A stretch of 64,000 bases of DNA, taken from the NCBI GenBank assembly GCA_944391445.1, contig CALXTL010000005.1:16768-80767 (forward strand), written 5' to 3'. The translations under genes were made by a program, and so were the position numbers. Shown here one piece after another: positions 32,766 to 41,717 of this stretch. This DNA comes from an uncultured Alphaproteobacteria bacterium. GTDB lineage: Bacteria; Pseudomonadota; Alphaproteobacteria; RF32; CAG-239. Position 1 is the first letter of the stretch. Every line of letters begins with the position of its first letter. Below the pieces are notes generated by a model. The model was not told the DNA's origin. It saw only the letters and a list, made by a program, of their open reading frames with translations, and did not search any database.

Positions 32766-33640
32766 CCCTTGCACTGCCCGCAGCGTGAACATCCGTTACA
32801 AATCAGACGGCTGCCGCAGGTTTGGCAGATTGTGCCGAAATATTTGCGATAACTTTCTTCGTTGCCAAATAACCCTGGCTGTGCCGGAGACAAGCAAAAA
32901 TTGATTTTCCGCCCCGAATGTTGCAAACCGGATTTATAGGCCATCCGGCTCTGCAGACGCTTATCTGGCAGATGATATGTTTTGCCGTTCTTAATAAAGT
33001 TTGTGCCCGTCTCAATAAAGCAAAAAGTAATGTCATATGCAACACACTCATCATAAAGAGACTTAACCCAGACATAATCCAGCGGTCGTGATCCGTCATA
33101 GTTTTCCCCGCCGGCAATCACTTGTTCGATCTGCCCTGTGCACAAATATTTACTGAGACAAATCGGGCCGATAAACGGTGCAGCCATCACACCTTTATGC
33201 TTAAACGGCAGCTCCAGGAGCAAAGGCAATCGTTCATCCGCCCGGCGCTGATTCTCACAGGTAACGTTAAAAAAAACATTTTCCCAGCCGGCGTCATTCC
33301 AATCTTTCGGCAGACATTTTTCCACCCGCTCGGGTCTTTTAGTCAGCAGAAAAAAGACCACATCCGGACGCTGCCGAATAATTTTCCAGGCTTCCGAACG
33401 CCACTGGTCAGCCTCTTCCAGAAAGAAATCCGATGTCATGCAAACCCGCAGCTGTTCGCCGCTCCGGACTTTATACTGCCCCTGGCGGTTTTTCTGCAGC
33501 GGATAATCAAACATATTGCGCACCCGGTAGATACGCTCACCATCAGCGCCGCGCATTTTATCCAAAAAAAACATATAACAGTTTTGGCAACCCTCGCTCT
33601 TTTTAACGCACCCGTGCCAAGGATTCCATATATCATGCAT
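32762..33640 (-). CDS. DUF5131 / phage Gp37-Gp68 family protein
   Basis: N-terminal signature MHDIWNPWHGCVKKSEGCQNCYMF matches the (T)WNP..GC...S.GC..CYA hallmark of the phage Gp37/Gp68 family. Cys-rich C-terminus (CQTCGSRLICNGCSRCGQC). Confidence 0.65.
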   Translation of the reverse strand: MHDIWNPWHGCVKKSEGCQNCYMFFLDKMRGADGERIYRVRNMFDYPLQKNRQGQYKVRSGEQLRVCMTSDFFLEEADQWRSEAWKIIRQRPDVVFFLLTKRPERVEKCLPKDWNDAGWENVFFNVTCENQRRADERLPLLLELPFKHKGVMAAPFIGPICLSKYLCTGQIEQVIAGGENYDGSRPLDYVWVKSLYDECVAYDITFCFIETGTNFIKNGKTYHLPDKRLQSRMAYKSGLQHSGRKINFCLSPAQPGLFGNEESYRKYFGTICQTCGSRLICNGCSRCGQCKG

Positions 33641-33671
33641 CCGCTTCGGCCTCCGTTATTTCTGCCCGGAC

Positions 33672-33698
33672 AAAAAAACGGCTGTCCGAAGACAGCCG
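33672..33698 (-). terminator. Rho-independent terminator downstream of the tRNA gene
   Basis: Perfect 8-bp stem cggctgtc/gacagccg with a cgaa loop; on the minus strand it is followed by a T7 run. Confidence 0.7.
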
Positions 33699-33707
33699 AC
33701 TTTCAAA

Positions 33708-33783
33708 TGGTAGCGAGGGAGGGATTCGAACCCACGACACAAGGATTATGATTCCTCTGCTCTACCGACTGAGCTACCCCGCC
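33708..33783 (-). tRNA. tRNA-Met, anticodon CAU (elongator-type D arm; tRNA-Ile2 lysidine type cannot be excluded)
   Basis: Hand-folded 76-nt cloverleaf: GGCGGGG-UA-GCUC-AGUCGGUA-GAGC-A-GAGGA-AUCAUAA-UCCUU-GUGUC-GUGGG-UUCGAAU-CCCUC-CCUCGCU-A-CCA. Acceptor stem with two G-U pairs, GGTTCGAATCC T-loop, encoded CCA. Confidence 0.85.
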
Positions 33784-33905
33784 GTTAAAATTCTCGTATT
33801 TAATAATCGTTCTGAACTGCTTTGTCAATAACTTTTTTTAAGAGCGTTGAAAGCCGAAGCAATCGACATATATATTTTGTGTCTTTAGCATTAAAGGAGA
33901 TCATC

Positions 33906-34277
33906 ATGAACAAAAATTTATTTCTGGGCCTGCTCGGCATCGCATTCTTGGGCGTTTACTCTCTGAGTATGGCACAAAATGACGATAACACAGCCGCCTC
34001 CGGCGAAAATGAAGAAACCGCAATCATGACTGTCAGTCAGATCGGCAATATTGAAGAAGACAGCATAGTTACGCTGCAGGGTAATCTGACTCAAAATCTC
34101 GGCAACGATACTTACGTCTTCACCGACAGCACCGGCAACATCAATGTCATTATTGAGGCCGGAGACTGGAACGGTACAACTTTTGACCCGGAAGCCGTCG
34201 TTATGATCAGCGGTCAGGTTGATAAAAACGGCGATGTCACAGAACTGGATGTCACCGAAATTCAAGCTGTCCAATAA
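33906..34277 (+). CDS. YgiW/YdeI (BOF, bacterial OB-fold) family periplasmic stress protein
   Basis: Signal peptide followed by a single OB-fold segment: TVSQIGNIEEDSIVTLQGNLTQNLGNDTYVFTDSTGNINVIIEAGDWNGTTFDPEAVVMISGQVDKNGDVTELDVTEI. Confidence 0.6.
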   Translation: MNKNLFLGLLGIAFLGVYSLSMAQNDDNTAASGENEETAIMTVSQIGNIEEDSIVTLQGNLTQNLGNDTYVFTDSTGNINVIIEAGDWNGTTFDPEAVVMISGQVDKNGDVTELDVTEIQAVQ

Positions 34278-34410
34278 AACGCTTCTGTCAGGCCAAGGCT
34301 GCTTTCCTTATGAAAACAGCCTTCTTTTTTGTGATTTTAACCTAAAATTAAAATATCTTTGTCTATAATCAAAATAAATTTAGAATAAATTTGCTAAGGA
34401 CAAAGAAATC

Positions 34411-35187
34411 ATGGAAAAGTCTACTTTTATCGGTTTTATCGGCGGTATTTTGGCGGTAGGATTCGGCATGGCGCTCAAAGGCGCCGATCCGCATGCGCTG
34501 ATCAACCCGGCCGCCTTTCTGATCATTTTTGCGGGAACGGCCGCTGCTATTTTTAACGCTTTCCCGATGAAAGAACTCAAAAAATTTCCGACATTGTTGA
34601 AAGTGATTTTTGTTGGCAAGAAATTTACTTCCAAACAAGAAATTCTTGAATTATTTGTCAGTGTCGCCAAGTCTGCCAAACAAGAAGGCGTCATGGCAAT
34701 TGAAAAACGCGCCAATGAAATAGCCGATCCTTTCATCCGCGCCACCATGACCATGGTTGCCGACGGATTCAACGGTGAATTTATCAACAATGTTGTTGAC
34801 GCTGAAATCAAACAAATGGAAGAGCGTCATAAAGCCGGAGCGCAGATCTTTGCCCAATGCGGTATGTACGCGCCGACCCTGGGCGTTCTCGGTGCGGTTA
34901 TCGGCCTGATCGCCGCGCTGGGCAATCTGCAGGATATTGACCAGCTCGGTCATTCAATTGCCGCAGCTTTTGTGGCAACGCTGCTTGGTATTTTCACCGG
35001 TTATGTCTGCTGGCACCCTTTTGCCAATAAATTAAGACAAATCAATGCAGAGGAAGTTGAACTTCGCAAGATGGTTTTGGAAGGAGCGCTGGCTTTGCAG
35101 GAAGGAGCTTCCTCAATTGCCATGGAAACCAGACTGCAGGCATTCATTCCGCAATCCGAACGCAAATCGCTCCGCGAAAGAGAATAG
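34411..35187 (+). CDS. motA: Flagellar motor stator protein MotA (MotA/TolQ/ExbB proton-channel family)
   Basis: Four transmembrane helices; conserved C-terminal pore helices (GMYAPTLGVLGAVIGLI...AFVATLLGIFTG); followed directly by motB. Confidence 0.85.
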   Translation: MEKSTFIGFIGGILAVGFGMALKGADPHALINPAAFLIIFAGTAAAIFNAFPMKELKKFPTLLKVIFVGKKFTSKQEILELFVSVAKSAKQEGVMAIEKRANEIADPFIRATMTMVADGFNGEFINNVVDAEIKQMEERHKAGAQIFAQCGMYAPTLGVLGAVIGLIAALGNLQDIDQLGHSIAAAFVATLLGIFTGYVCWHPFANKLRQINAEEVELRKMVLEGALALQEGASSIAMETRLQAFIPQSERKSLRERE

Positions 35188-35196
35188 GAACGTCCC

Positions 35197-35874
35197 ATGG
35201 GAAAAATGGTTAAGAAAAAACCGGAGCTTCCGCATCAGGAAGAGCATGCCGACGAAACCTGGCTGATTCCGTATTCCGATCTGCTGACGCTTCTGCTGGC
35301 ATTGTTTATTGTGTTGTTTGCCTCCTCCAGTTTGGATAAAGACAAAGCCGCACAAATCCAATATGCTCTGGCAGCGGCTTTCAGCAATGCATCTGTGGAA
35401 TCGCAAAACAGCAACATCATCAATTTCTTAAATGATGCCAAAGATATGCAGCTTGAAGAAGACGGAGTGATTATATCTTCGGATTCTCAGGGAGCCACGC
35501 TGGAAATGACATCAATGAACCTGTTTGACAAAGGCAGTGCCAACATCAAATCGTCGGCCATTCCGGTCATCAAAAAAATCTCGCGTTTGCTCAATTCTAA
35601 CAAATATAAAAGATTTCGCATTGTGGTTGAAGGTCACACCGACGACACGCGTGAATCTCAAATTGCGGAATTTCCTTCCAACTGGGAGCTTTCCGGCGCC
35701 AGAGCCGGAGCCGTTGTGCGGACGATGTTGGCCAACGGCATGGAAGACAGCCGCTTTAAGGCTGTTGGTTTGGCTGGTATCTCTCCCGCTTATCCTAACC
35801 TTAACCCCTACGGCGAGCCGATTCCCGAAAATCGCATTAAAAATCGCCGTGTCATTATTCGTATTGAGTTATAA
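35197..35874 (+). CDS. motB: Flagellar motor protein MotB (OmpA-like peptidoglycan-binding stator subunit)
   Basis: N-terminal plug/transmembrane motif ETWLIPYSDLLTLLLALFIVLFA and a C-terminal OmpA domain (IVVEGHTDDT...NWELSGARAGAVVRTM). Confidence 0.85.
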   Translation: MGKMVKKKPELPHQEEHADETWLIPYSDLLTLLLALFIVLFASSSLDKDKAAQIQYALAAAFSNASVESQNSNIINFLNDAKDMQLEEDGVIISSDSQGATLEMTSMNLFDKGSANIKSSAIPVIKKISRLLNSNKYKRFRIVVEGHTDDTRESQIAEFPSNWELSGARAGAVVRTMLANGMEDSRFKAVGLAGISPAYPNLNPYGEPIPENRIKNRRVIIRIEL

Positions 35875-35876
35875 AC

Positions 35877-36839
35877 ATGGACATTATCAATAATTTGCTG
35901 TCGCATCCGCTGGTTGTGTCAACGCCGGTGATGTGGATCATCTTTGCCGTCATCGTTTTCACAATCCTGTTTTTGGATTTATTCGTTTTTCACAAAAAGT
36001 CCGAAGAGCCTTCTTTCAGGGGCTCGCTTGGTGCCTGTATCGGATACATGATCATAGCCTTGCTATTTGGCCTTTTCGTCATCTATGAAAAAGGTTTGGA
36101 TACCGGTATGCTGTTTTACACAGGATACCTTGTCGAATTTAGCCTCTCCATGGACAACATTTTTGTTATCTCGCTGATTTTCACCAGTTTGTCTGTCCCT
36201 GGAAAATATCAGCACCGTGTATTATTTTGGGGAATTCTCGGTGCCATTGTCATGCGCGCAATTATGATTTTGCTGGGTGAAAGTCTGGTCAGCAATTTCC
36301 ACTGGGTTCTTTACGTTTTCTCCGTTTTCCTGATTTATACCGGAGCCCACATGCTTTTGGTTAAAGAAAAAGAAGAAAACCTGATGGATTCGCCGATATT
36401 CCGTTTTGTAGAAAAAAGATTTCATGTCACTCGAACACTGCATGGCGAACACTTCTTTGTCAAACAAAACGGACGCCACTATATCACGCCGCTGTTTTTT
36501 GCGTTGCTCGTCATTGAATTGATGGATGTCATTTTTGCGGTAGACAGCATTCCTGCCATTTTCCTGATCACGCAGGATTTGTTTGTGGTATACACCAGCA
36601 ACATTTTTGCCATCCTCGGCCTGCGCTCGCTATACTTTTTGCTTGCGGCGGCGGTCAATCGTTTTGTATATCTCAAACCGGCGCTGGCCGTCATTCTGAT
36701 ATTCATTGGCTGTAAAATATTCTTCCCCTATCTGGGTTTCAAGGTTGAACCATGGCAGTCGCTGATTGTTACTTTTGCGCTGCTCGGCAGCGGAATTGTC
36801 TGTTCGCTGCTCAAAACCCAAAAAACGGTCAAAAACTGA
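35877..36839 (+). CDS. TerC/Alx-family integral membrane protein
   Basis: Polytopic membrane protein with the TerC signature (EFSLSMDNIFVISLIF ... AVDSIPAIF). Confidence 0.8.
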   Translation: MDIINNLLSHPLVVSTPVMWIIFAVIVFTILFLDLFVFHKKSEEPSFRGSLGACIGYMIIALLFGLFVIYEKGLDTGMLFYTGYLVEFSLSMDNIFVISLIFTSLSVPGKYQHRVLFWGILGAIVMRAIMILLGESLVSNFHWVLYVFSVFLIYTGAHMLLVKEKEENLMDSPIFRFVEKRFHVTRTLHGEHFFVKQNGRHYITPLFFALLVIELMDVIFAVDSIPAIFLITQDLFVVYTSNIFAILGLRSLYFLLAAAVNRFVYLKPALAVILIFIGCKIFFPYLGFKVEPWQSLIVTFALLGSGIVCSLLKTQKTVKN

Positions 36840-36916
36840 TCGATTTTACTATACATTTAGTTTTAAGGGGCTAATATTTAATAAATATGGCCCCTTTTTA
36901 GTGTGAAAGTCAAAGT

Positions 36917-38071
36917 ATGAACACCGCTCTATGCATTCACAACGCCACAGTTCTCACTGGCCTTAGCATCATGCGCAATTGCGCAGTCTACATCAAAAAA
37001 GACAAAATTGTCGATGTCTACAATGAGCAGCGCTTTCGCAACAAAAAATTTCCTTCCCGAGTCAAAATCATTGATGCCGGCGGCGCATATGTCATGCCCG
37101 GTTTTATGGACACACACATTCATGGCATCGGCGGTTTTGGCACAGAAGACGCCGACAGTGCGTCCATTCTGAAGATGTCAGAAATTTTAGCCGGTTATGG
37201 CGTTACCTCCTTCATCCCGACCTGCGGCACTGCACCGCGCGAAGAGCTGCTCCGGCGCATTAGAGCCATTGTCAAAGCCATGGGCAAAGAAAAAGGTGCG
37301 CGGATTCTCGGCCTTCACCTGGAAGGTCCGTTCATTTCCAAAGAACGTATCGGCGCGCAGGAGCAAGAAGGTCTTTCTCCCGTTGACATCAATTATATGA
37401 AAGAATTATGGAAGGCGGGTAAAGGCAAAATCATCAACATGACGGTAGCTCCCGAGTTGCACGGCATGCGCGAATTGGCGCTTGAATGTAATCGGCTTGG
37501 CATCATTCTTCAGGCCGGACATACAAACGCCACCTATGACCAGATGATTGAAGGCATGCAGGCCAATATCATGCATGTGACTCATTTGTTCAATGCCATG
37601 CGCCCGTTACATCATCGTGAACCAGGCGTTGTTGGAGCAGCTTTAATCCACCCGGAAATTTCATGTGAGATCATCGGCGACGGCATTCATGTTAATCCCA
37701 ATTTGCTCCAACTTTTGCTCAAAAGCAAACCTCTCAGTCAGATTGTCCTGATCACGGATGCATTCAAACTGGCCAAAACTACATTGCCCGAAGATTCGGA
37801 ATACTATCTTGATAAATGCTTCCACCGCAAAGAAGATAAGATCATCGTCGGCTCGGCCATCAGCATGCTTGACGGTTTCCGCAATCTGGTTGAATATGGC
37901 GTCCCTGTTGAAAAAGCAGTCCGCATGGCCTGCACAAACCCGGCACAAATTCTGAAACAACAAAATAAAGGGCTGATTTTGCCTGGCTACGACGCCGATC
38001 TTGTCATTTTGGACACACGGCTGGAACATCCGCAAACCATCATTGGCGGAAGATTTATTAAGGAGAAATAG
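36917..38071 (+). CDS. nagA: N-acetylglucosamine-6-phosphate deacetylase
   Basis: Amidohydrolase motifs (GFMDTHIHGIGG, HLEGPF, QAGHTNA, DGIH); 384 aa; followed by nagB. Confidence 0.9.
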   Translation: MNTALCIHNATVLTGLSIMRNCAVYIKKDKIVDVYNEQRFRNKKFPSRVKIIDAGGAYVMPGFMDTHIHGIGGFGTEDADSASILKMSEILAGYGVTSFIPTCGTAPREELLRRIRAIVKAMGKEKGARILGLHLEGPFISKERIGAQEQEGLSPVDINYMKELWKAGKGKIINMTVAPELHGMRELALECNRLGIILQAGHTNATYDQMIEGMQANIMHVTHLFNAMRPLHHREPGVVGAALIHPEISCEIIGDGIHVNPNLLQLLLKSKPLSQIVLITDAFKLAKTTLPEDSEYYLDKCFHRKEDKIIVGSAISMLDGFRNLVEYGVPVEKAVRMACTNPAQILKQQNKGLILPGYDADLVILDTRLEHPQTIIGGRFIKEK

Positions 38072-38073
38072 AC

Positions 38074-38877
38074 ATGCGCCTCATTATTCAAAATAACGAC
38101 CGGGATTGTTCAAAATGGGCGGCAAATTACGTTGCCTATAAAATAAAATCCTTTCGCCCCACGGCCAAAAAACCTTTTGTTCTCGGATTGGCCACCGGCT
38201 CATCACCGCTCGGTATGTATGAAGAGCTGATTGCCATGCACCGGGCCGGAAAACTTTCTTTTGCCAATGTAGTCACCTTCAATATGGATGAATATATCGG
38301 CCTTGGCCCGAATGATCCGCAAAGTTATTACAGCTATATGTACCAAAACTTCTTTAACCACATTGATATTCCCAAGGCCAACATTCATTTGTTGAACGGC
38401 CTGACCAAAGATTATCTGAGCGAATGCGAAAGTTATGAAGCCAATATCAAACGCTATGGCAGAATCCATCTGCAAATCGGCGGTGTCGGCTCCGACGGAC
38501 ACATTGCTTTTAACGAACCTGGCTCGTCGCTTTCTTCCCGCACCCGTGTCAAAACCCTCACCTCAGAAACCATAGAGGCCAATTCTCGCTTTTTTGGAGG
38601 AGATAAAAGCAAAGTGCCGACCACGGTTCTCACCGTCGGCATTGGCACGATTATGGATGCGGAAGAAGTACTGATTATTGCCACCGGCGACAAGAAAGCC
38701 CGCGCTTTGCATCATGCCGTTGAAGGCAGCATCAATCACATGTGGCCGATCAGCGTCCTGCAAATGCACCAGCACGGCATCATCGTCTGTGATGAACCGG
38801 CAACCAATGAGCTCAAAGCAGATACCGTACGCTATTTCAAAGACATAGAAAAGCAATTGCGTCCCCAAACAAAATAA
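38074..38877 (+). CDS. nagB: Glucosamine-6-phosphate deaminase
   Basis: AGGAG ribosome-binding site; NagB motifs (LGLATGSSPLGMYEEL, NMDEY, GIGSDGHIAFNEPGSS). Confidence 0.9.
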   Translation: MRLIIQNNDRDCSKWAANYVAYKIKSFRPTAKKPFVLGLATGSSPLGMYEELIAMHRAGKLSFANVVTFNMDEYIGLGPNDPQSYYSYMYQNFFNHIDIPKANIHLLNGLTKDYLSECESYEANIKRYGRIHLQIGGVGSDGHIAFNEPGSSLSSRTRVKTLTSETIEANSRFFGGDKSKVPTTVLTVGIGTIMDAEEVLIIATGDKKARALHHAVEGSINHMWPISVLQMHQHGIIVCDEPATNELKADTVRYFKDIEKQLRPQTK

Positions 38878-38944
38878 TTCTTTTTGACAAAAAGCAATTA
38901 TGGCGATAAATTAACCATATCAAACAAAACAAAAGGATAAAGCC

Positions 38945-39817
38945 ATGTTTAAATTGATTCTCGACTCATATAAAATGTTTTTAAGGAGTTTCCCTGTCAT
39001 CCTGTTGTTTGCAATACCGCTGCTTCTGCTGTCTGTTTTTTCAATCTGGATTGAATCATCCGAGACCGTAACTCGGCAAACGCTTTATTTTTACTATGCA
39101 TTATTTATTTTGTTGCCGCTGGTCAGCGTCGCGACAGACATCTGCCTGTATCGCCGTTTTTTCAATTACAGTATCATCAACCCGCTGTGCAGCCTGAAAG
39201 CATACTTTCTCTATCTGCTCACGCAATTGGCGCTTGGTTTGGTCGCCTCGGCGCCGATCATCTTGTTCCGATATATTTTAATAGCCGTCGGCATGTCGAG
39301 CCTGAGTTCTTTCATTGTTGCCCTTGTGCTCAATATGTTCGTCGGTATCTACCTGCTGGCGCGCTTCAGCATTCTGTTTCCGCTGATTATTCAAAATAAA
39401 GTGCCGTCATTGAAAAGTTTTTCGCAGTATACCGCCCGTTCATATAAAGAATGGATGTCTGTCGCATTCTTGTTATATATGCCTTACGTTGTTTTCAACT
39501 ATGTCATCACCAATCCGGTGTTGAACATACTGGTGGTCAACTTATTCGCATTTGTCTTTGTTTGCTTTAACATCAAATATGTGAATACCTTTCGGCTTCC
39601 AACAGCTAAAGCGGCAACAGCTGCCGACATTGTTCTACCGGCAACTCCGGCGGTAAAAGCCGAGGCAACGCCGGTGGTTCATAAAGAGAAAAAAAAGCCG
39701 GCCGTCAAAAAAACAACAGCCGCTCAAAGCTCTCCCCGCAAAACCGCAGCCAAAAGCGCCTCAGTCAGTAAGACCGCCACGGCTAAAGCGCCCAAGGCTC
39801 CGGCCAAAAAAGCTTAG
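38945..39817 (+). CDS. Hypothetical polytopic membrane protein with a Lys/Ala/Pro-rich C-terminal tail
   Basis: About six hydrophobic helices, then a ~90-aa low-complexity basic tail (AKAATAADIVLPATPAVKAEATPVVHKEKKKPAVKKTTAAQSSPRKTAAKSASVSKTATAKAPKAPAKKA). Confidence 0.55.
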   Translation: MFKLILDSYKMFLRSFPVILLFAIPLLLLSVFSIWIESSETVTRQTLYFYYALFILLPLVSVATDICLYRRFFNYSIINPLCSLKAYFLYLLTQLALGLVASAPIILFRYILIAVGMSSLSSFIVALVLNMFVGIYLLARFSILFPLIIQNKVPSLKSFSQYTARSYKEWMSVAFLLYMPYVVFNYVITNPVLNILVVNLFAFVFVCFNIKYVNTFRLPTAKAATAADIVLPATPAVKAEATPVVHKEKKKPAVKKTTAAQSSPRKTAAKSASVSKTATAKAPKAPAKKA

Positions 39818-39831
39818 CATTTTTCAAATGC

Positions 39832-39863
39832 AAAAAACTGCCGTAAAAGCGGCAGTTTTTTTT
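39832..39863 (+). terminator. Rho-independent terminator
   Basis: Hairpin ctgccg-taaaa-cggcag followed by T8. Confidence 0.7.
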
Positions 39864-39999
39864 ATACGAGGCAGCCCTTTTTATCGGCAAATAATATCTG
39901 ATTTTTATAACTTGATGTTTTGTCGCAAATCTTAAAACACAAGAAAAAACCCATTTGCTTTTCAGCAAACGGGTTTTCATATCATTGACAAAATAAGAC

Positions 40000-40677
40000 T
40001 TAAGCGGCAGCCGTATTATTCTGACTGCTGATCAAACCTTCGCTGATCTGCAGATTGGTATTAATTATGCTGTCCAAAACCTTGTCATCAATATCTTCAA
40101 TATTTTTGCCAAGCTCAAGTGTCTTAGCCGAAACATAATCTGCCAGCTTAACCAAATTACCTTTGGTCTCGCTCGGAAGTTTGCTGTTTTTGGCGCTGGC
40201 CAAAGTTTTAATATAAACCCACAATTGCAAATTATTATCCAGTGCCGTCACCATCTCATGAGAATTATTCGCCTCACGTGCGCTGGACAAATCAACCGCG
40301 CATTTCAACAGCGAATAAGCTTCTTCTTTAGCCAGAGAATTTTTCACAACAGCCAGCAAACCTTCTGAAATCTGCATATTAATATTGGCCAGACAATCAA
40401 AATCGCTCTTATTCATCGAAACGCCTTTTGACAAAGTTATTCTTTCCACAAACTTCGACAGTTTGAGCAAATTGTCTCTAATATCTTTGGGAAGCAAATT
40501 CTTTGCGCTTTTCAGCGAGGTTTCTATCTCTACCCACAATTTCAAATTTTCATCCAAAACCAAGAGCTTAAAACCATCTTGTTTGGCCGTTGCCGCTTTT
40601 GACAAAGCCTGAGAATACTCCATCAACAAAACAGCCTGCTCTTCAGTCTCTTTAATTTGATTATCCGTGGTTTTCAT
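40000..40677 (-). CDS. Putative flagellar biosynthesis regulator FlaF-like protein, tandemly duplicated FlaF domain
   Basis: Two internal repeats of ~85 aa sharing L(D/E)NL(K/Q)LWV.I.T...AKN..LP...(R/K).NL.KL...V.....L......D.D.......N.QISEGL. The pattern resembles FlaF (PF07309: NRRLW ... LP..LRA.I..L). Sits beside the flgH-A-G-F cluster; AAGGAAG ribosome-binding site. Confidence 0.45.
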   Translation of the reverse strand: MKTTDNQIKETEEQAVLLMEYSQALSKAATAKQDGFKLLVLDENLKLWVEIETSLKSAKNLLPKDIRDNLLKLSKFVERITLSKGVSMNKSDFDCLANINMQISEGLLAVVKNSLAKEEAYSLLKCAVDLSSAREANNSHEMVTALDNNLQLWVYIKTLASAKNSKLPSETKGNLVKLADYVSAKTLELGKNIEDIDDKVLDSIINTNLQISEGLISSQNNTAAA

Positions 40678-40939
40678 TTCGCTTCCTTTTTATAAAAAAA
40701 ATTCCATTACATTTAGTAATATAACGTCTAAATTTATGGTTTAAACATGAAAAATTTTTCATCCACTAAAAAATCTGCCCCCGCAGATTGGGGAAAAACG
40801 CGGGGACAGACTTCTCGGGGAATGTACAGGGCTGAAGAAGCTCTGTACGGTATTTTTAAGAAAAAATTGGGGAGATTTTTTCTTAAAAATTGGGGAATAA
40901 CATAATAATAAAAAACCAATCAATCTTACGCCGGGATCT

Positions 40940-41701
40940 TTAGAACGGCGCAATAATATCCAGAATCTGCCGGCCATAGCGCGGCTGCTGGACATCGCTG
41001 ACAACCCCTTGTCCGCCGTAAGAAACGCGCAATTCGGCAATCTTGCTGGACTCAATTGTGTTATTAGAAGTAATATCCGCCCGCCGGATAATTCCTTTCA
41101 TGGTCAGACGGCGCAGTTCATAGCTGACGCGAATTTCCTGCGTTCCTTCAATCACCAAATTGCCGTTTGGCAAAACCTGAGTCACCATCGCCGCCATGGT
41201 CATTTCAATCTTTTCCTGACGATCAACTTTGCCGTCCGCTGCAATTTCCCGATTCGAATTAACGTCAAGAATAGCTGACGGGTTGACCGCATCCGGCAGA
41301 TAATCATCCAAATAGGTCTCGTAGCCGGCAAAGGCGGTAATTCCCATTGAATCTTTATTGTCATCACGGTTCTGCTCCATTTCGTTTTCCATCAGAGCAT
41401 TATCTTTGGCTGAAACAATCACGGTGATAATATCGCCGACTTTGGAAGCTCTTTGATCTTTGAAGAAACCGCTTGATCCCGGCGTCCATAAAGAATTTGG
41501 AGCAGCCTGCGCATTCACTGTCTGCGGCATCGGCATGCTGACCGGCTGATAATCGGCGCTGGCCGTCGGATTTTCAATCGGCGTCAACGGCGGCTCTTGC
41601 CCAACTTGCTGCAGACGATTCCACATACCGCATCCCGAAAGTGAAGTCGCCAGCATCAAAAGGACCGTACCTTTACTTAATTTTCCATATTTTTTCATCA
41701 T
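40940..41701 (-). CDS. flgH: Flagellar basal-body L-ring lipoprotein FlgH
   Basis: Lipobox LSGC at the ATGATG start at 41701; FlgH motifs (GDIITVIVSAKDNA, VIEGTQEIRVSYELRRLTMKGIIRRADITSNNTIESSKIAELRVSYGG). The ORF-track N-terminal extension was rejected. Confidence 0.88.
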   Translation of the reverse strand: MMKKYGKLSKGTVLLMLATSLSGCGMWNRLQQVGQEPPLTPIENPTASADYQPVSMPMPQTVNAQAAPNSLWTPGSSGFFKDQRASKVGDIITVIVSAKDNALMENEMEQNRDDNKDSMGITAFAGYETYLDDYLPDAVNPSAILDVNSNREIAADGKVDRQEKIEMTMAAMVTQVLPNGNLVIEGTQEIRVSYELRRLTMKGIIRRADITSNNTIESSKIAELRVSYGGQGVVSDVQQPRYGRQILDIIAPF

Positions 41702-41717
41702 TTGACTGCTCCCCGAC

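Noticed and set aside
33436-33636. 66-aa minus-strand ORF nested in the DUF5131 gene in another frame
   Set aside because: It is fully contained within the DUF5131 gene, whose N-terminal signature is unambiguous.
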